NCBI GenBank assembly: GCA_910585195.1
Contig: CAJUCX010000003.1
Span: 65,828-129,827, forward strand
Length of the DNA: 64,000 nt
Reading direction: 5' to 3'
Source: an uncultured Christensenellaceae bacterium
Lineage (GTDB): Bacteria; Bacillota; Clostridia; Christensenellales; CAG-314
The translations under genes and the position numbers were made by a program. The notes beneath the pieces are model-generated. The model did no database searches. It was not told the origin of the DNA and was given only the letters and a program-made list of their open reading frames with translations. Of the stretch, positions 62,348 through 64,000 are shown piece by piece. Each line of letters starts with the position of its first letter. Position 1 is the stretch's first letter.

Positions 62348-63367
62348 TCATTTTTTATAAATAGGGTATGAGTAGACTTTGCCGCCATCGAATAATTTAC
62401 CGACAAAATATTTGTTAGCGGCGGATTCGTTTGTTACCGCAACTCTACCGTTTACTATCGTTACGTCTTCGCTGAATGCAGGCAGCGTAAGCGTTTTTAT
62501 ATTTGTGGTCGAATCCAGATAATATAGTGGAACGTCTTTTTGCATTGCGGTTTCGTTATATTTGAATTTAACGGAAATAGTTTTTCCGCTGTCAATCGGC
62601 TGAGAGTGATATTCCAACTTAGAGTTTGACAATCCGTAAGACCGCGATAAAATGCACGTTCCGTCGTAAGCGGCAAAGCCTTGCACCAAACCGGTAACTG
62701 ATATGCAATAAAGAGGATATGCTTGTCCGTCCGTTGTTTGCAAAAGTCCCGTGTCATCTAATTTATAACAGGAAACTATTGCCTTATTTTCTTGTCCGTC
62801 GGGTGTTGTATAGTGGTGCGATTTTTCAGTTTCATAATTTCCAGCACGGTAAAATTCGCCAACGAAAAGATATTCGTCATTGCTGAAACAATAAGCCGCG
62901 GTATTGTCAACCGCAAAACTTTGTTTGACGGCAACTTTTGTGTCAGTTGTGGCATTTTTAAGTTCAGACAGGCTAAACATCAACAGCGTGCTGTCATTTG
63001 CAATGTATACTCTGTCTTTTGTGCAAGTTACTCCGCCTGCGTGTCCTTTTACCGCATCTCCGTTTTGGTCGACTAAATTTACGCGGCGCGATTTTCCGTC
63101 TTCAACGATGTGCAACAACGTCAAGTTACCGCCGGTATAGCCAGTCAATATGTATAAATCTTCTTCTTTGCTGTAAGTCAAACCTTGCGGTGCAATCCCG
63201 CCGTTTATTTCGGGAATGTCGCAGACGTATTCTCTCAAACTTCTTGCTTCGCCATATGACACTGCGCCTATTATTGCAATTATGAGATAAAGCAATAAAA
63301 CCAGCGCAATAAGCGAGCCAATTACAATGCCGGTTATCGTAAGTGTTTTTTTGACAGTTTTATTCAT
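62348..63367 (-). CDS. N-terminally membrane-anchored hypothetical protein, probably beta-rich extracytoplasmic domain
   Basis: The N-terminal TM segment is ITGIVIGSLIALVLLLYLIIAIIGAV. The remainder is a Gly/Thr/Tyr-rich beta-like sequence. The RBS is AAGGAGAAAC. Confidence 0.6.
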   Translation of the reverse strand: MNKTVKKTLTITGIVIGSLIALVLLLYLIIAIIGAVSYGEARSLREYVCDIPEINGGIAPQGLTYSKEEDLYILTGYTGGNLTLLHIVEDGKSRRVNLVDQNGDAVKGHAGGVTCTKDRVYIANDSTLLMFSLSELKNATTDTKVAVKQSFAVDNTAAYCFSNDEYLFVGEFYRAGNYETEKSHHYTTPDGQENKAIVSCYKLDDTGLLQTTDGQAYPLYCISVTGLVQGFAAYDGTCILSRSYGLSNSKLEYHSQPIDSGKTISVKFKYNETAMQKDVPLYYLDSTTNIKTLTLPAFSEDVTIVNGRVAVTNESAANKYFVGKLFDGGKVYSYPIYKK

Positions 63368-63392
63368 AGTTTCTCCTTATTATACGGAATTT

Positions 63393-63421
63393 ATAAAATG
63401 AGCCTAAAACAAATTTGTTTT
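63393..63421. terminator. Hairpin terminator
   Basis: AGCCTAAAACAAA-tt-TGTTTTAGGCT. Confidence 0.6.
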
Positions 63422-63620
63422 AGGCTTGTCTGTCAAAGATGAATGAAAAGTTGTGGAAGACATACGTGCTAAACATCTAAATTATAATTTGTCTGTATTG
63501 AAAATATCTCTTTTTGAATAGACATCAAAATACCATTGAATTTATTAGTAGATTTAGTTAGCCTTGACAAAATTATATATAACTAGTGTCATTTACTAAT
63601 TTGATGCTAACATTATATAA

Positions 63621-64000
63621 TCAATAGTCATTGCCGTCAAAATCTATCTCGTATAAATCAGTCCAATTATATTTTTTTGAAAACTTTTGTTTTTTAACAT
63701 ACTCTGTAATTATTTTATAAGCATCCTCACGGCTTACAAAACTGCAGGCCGGCACAGCCATCGGTTCACCGCCGACATCATGTTCAACGCTTTCATTATT
63801 TTTATTCTCATCATAAGGCACTAAATAATCCGGATGACGCAAAATCAAAAATCCATAAGGCTCTTCATAAAAAATTATAAGAACTTCATCGCAATTATCC
63901 GCTTCAAATGAAGAATCACCGCTACCTTGTTGCCAATAGTCCGCTTCTTTGTTGGTAAATTCTTTTATAAACTCATCGCTTGGATTTTCGACTTTTTCAC
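63621..64000 (-). CDS. Hypothetical small acidic protein, 5' end beyond window edge
   Basis: The minus-strand frame stays open from the window edge (…EKVENPSDEFIKEFTNKEADYWQQGSGDSSFEADNCDEVLIIFYEEPYGFLILRHPDYLVPYDENK…DFDGNDY*). The track's M at 63848 is a TTG inside this longer frame. Confidence 0.5.
   Translation of the reverse strand, partial: EKVENPSDEFIKEFTNKEADYWQQGSGDSSFEADNCDEVLIIFYEEPYGFLILRHPDYLVPYDENKNNESVEHDVGGEPMAVPACSFVSREDAYKIITEYVKKQKFSKKYNWTDLYEIDFDGNDY

Overview
This 64-kb chromosomal segment looks like a Bacillota (Clostridia-type) genome. The evidence is a DnaD/DnaI primosome pair, spmA/spmB, hisZ plus short hisG, and SD-type RBSs. All calls are by eye from the sequence and the ORF track; I ran no database or structure search.

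Most of the window is housekeeping:
- four aminoacyl-tRNA synthetase genes (argS, gltX, proS, metG), none with a T-box leader
- a complete his operon (hisZGDCBH-A-SDR-F-IE-K) behind a TrpR/YerC-like regulator
- uppP, ychF, tatD, rsmA, degV and tRNA-Thr(GGU)

Accessory or unusual content, left to right:
1. A fused double-DUF1538 membrane protein with two P-II-like proteins.
2. An unannotated 49-aa 4xCxxC zinc-ribbon ORF.
3. A cobalamin riboswitch driving a DUF4430 lipoprotein and an ECF-S-like membrane protein.
4. A 592-bp intergenic gap that is almost entirely a perfect 222-bp tandem duplication of a hairpin-dense non-coding unit. It lies just upstream of a surface-protein cluster (beta-propeller-like lipoprotein, ~890-aa repeat adhesin, collagen-like protein).
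5. A 1068-aa Rad50/SbcC-like coiled-coil protein whose Walker A, signature and Walker B positions all look degenerate, next to an S2P/M50-type protease.
6. A second copy of the tRNA-Thr 3' end 160 bp downstream (att-like scar), next to an endolysin-like amidase.
7. An AT-rich glycan island (~53.9-62.3 kb) with Wzm/Wzt, two tandem WbbM-like DUF4422+GT8 bifunctional glycosyltransferases sharing a 194-bp perfectly identical tract, a CDP-6-deoxyhexose pathway, and a glf gene with a 5' frameshift.

The candidates I consider most likely to be genuinely undescribed are the tandem structured element (4), the ATPase-dead Rad50-like protein (5) and the DUF1538/P-II module (1).
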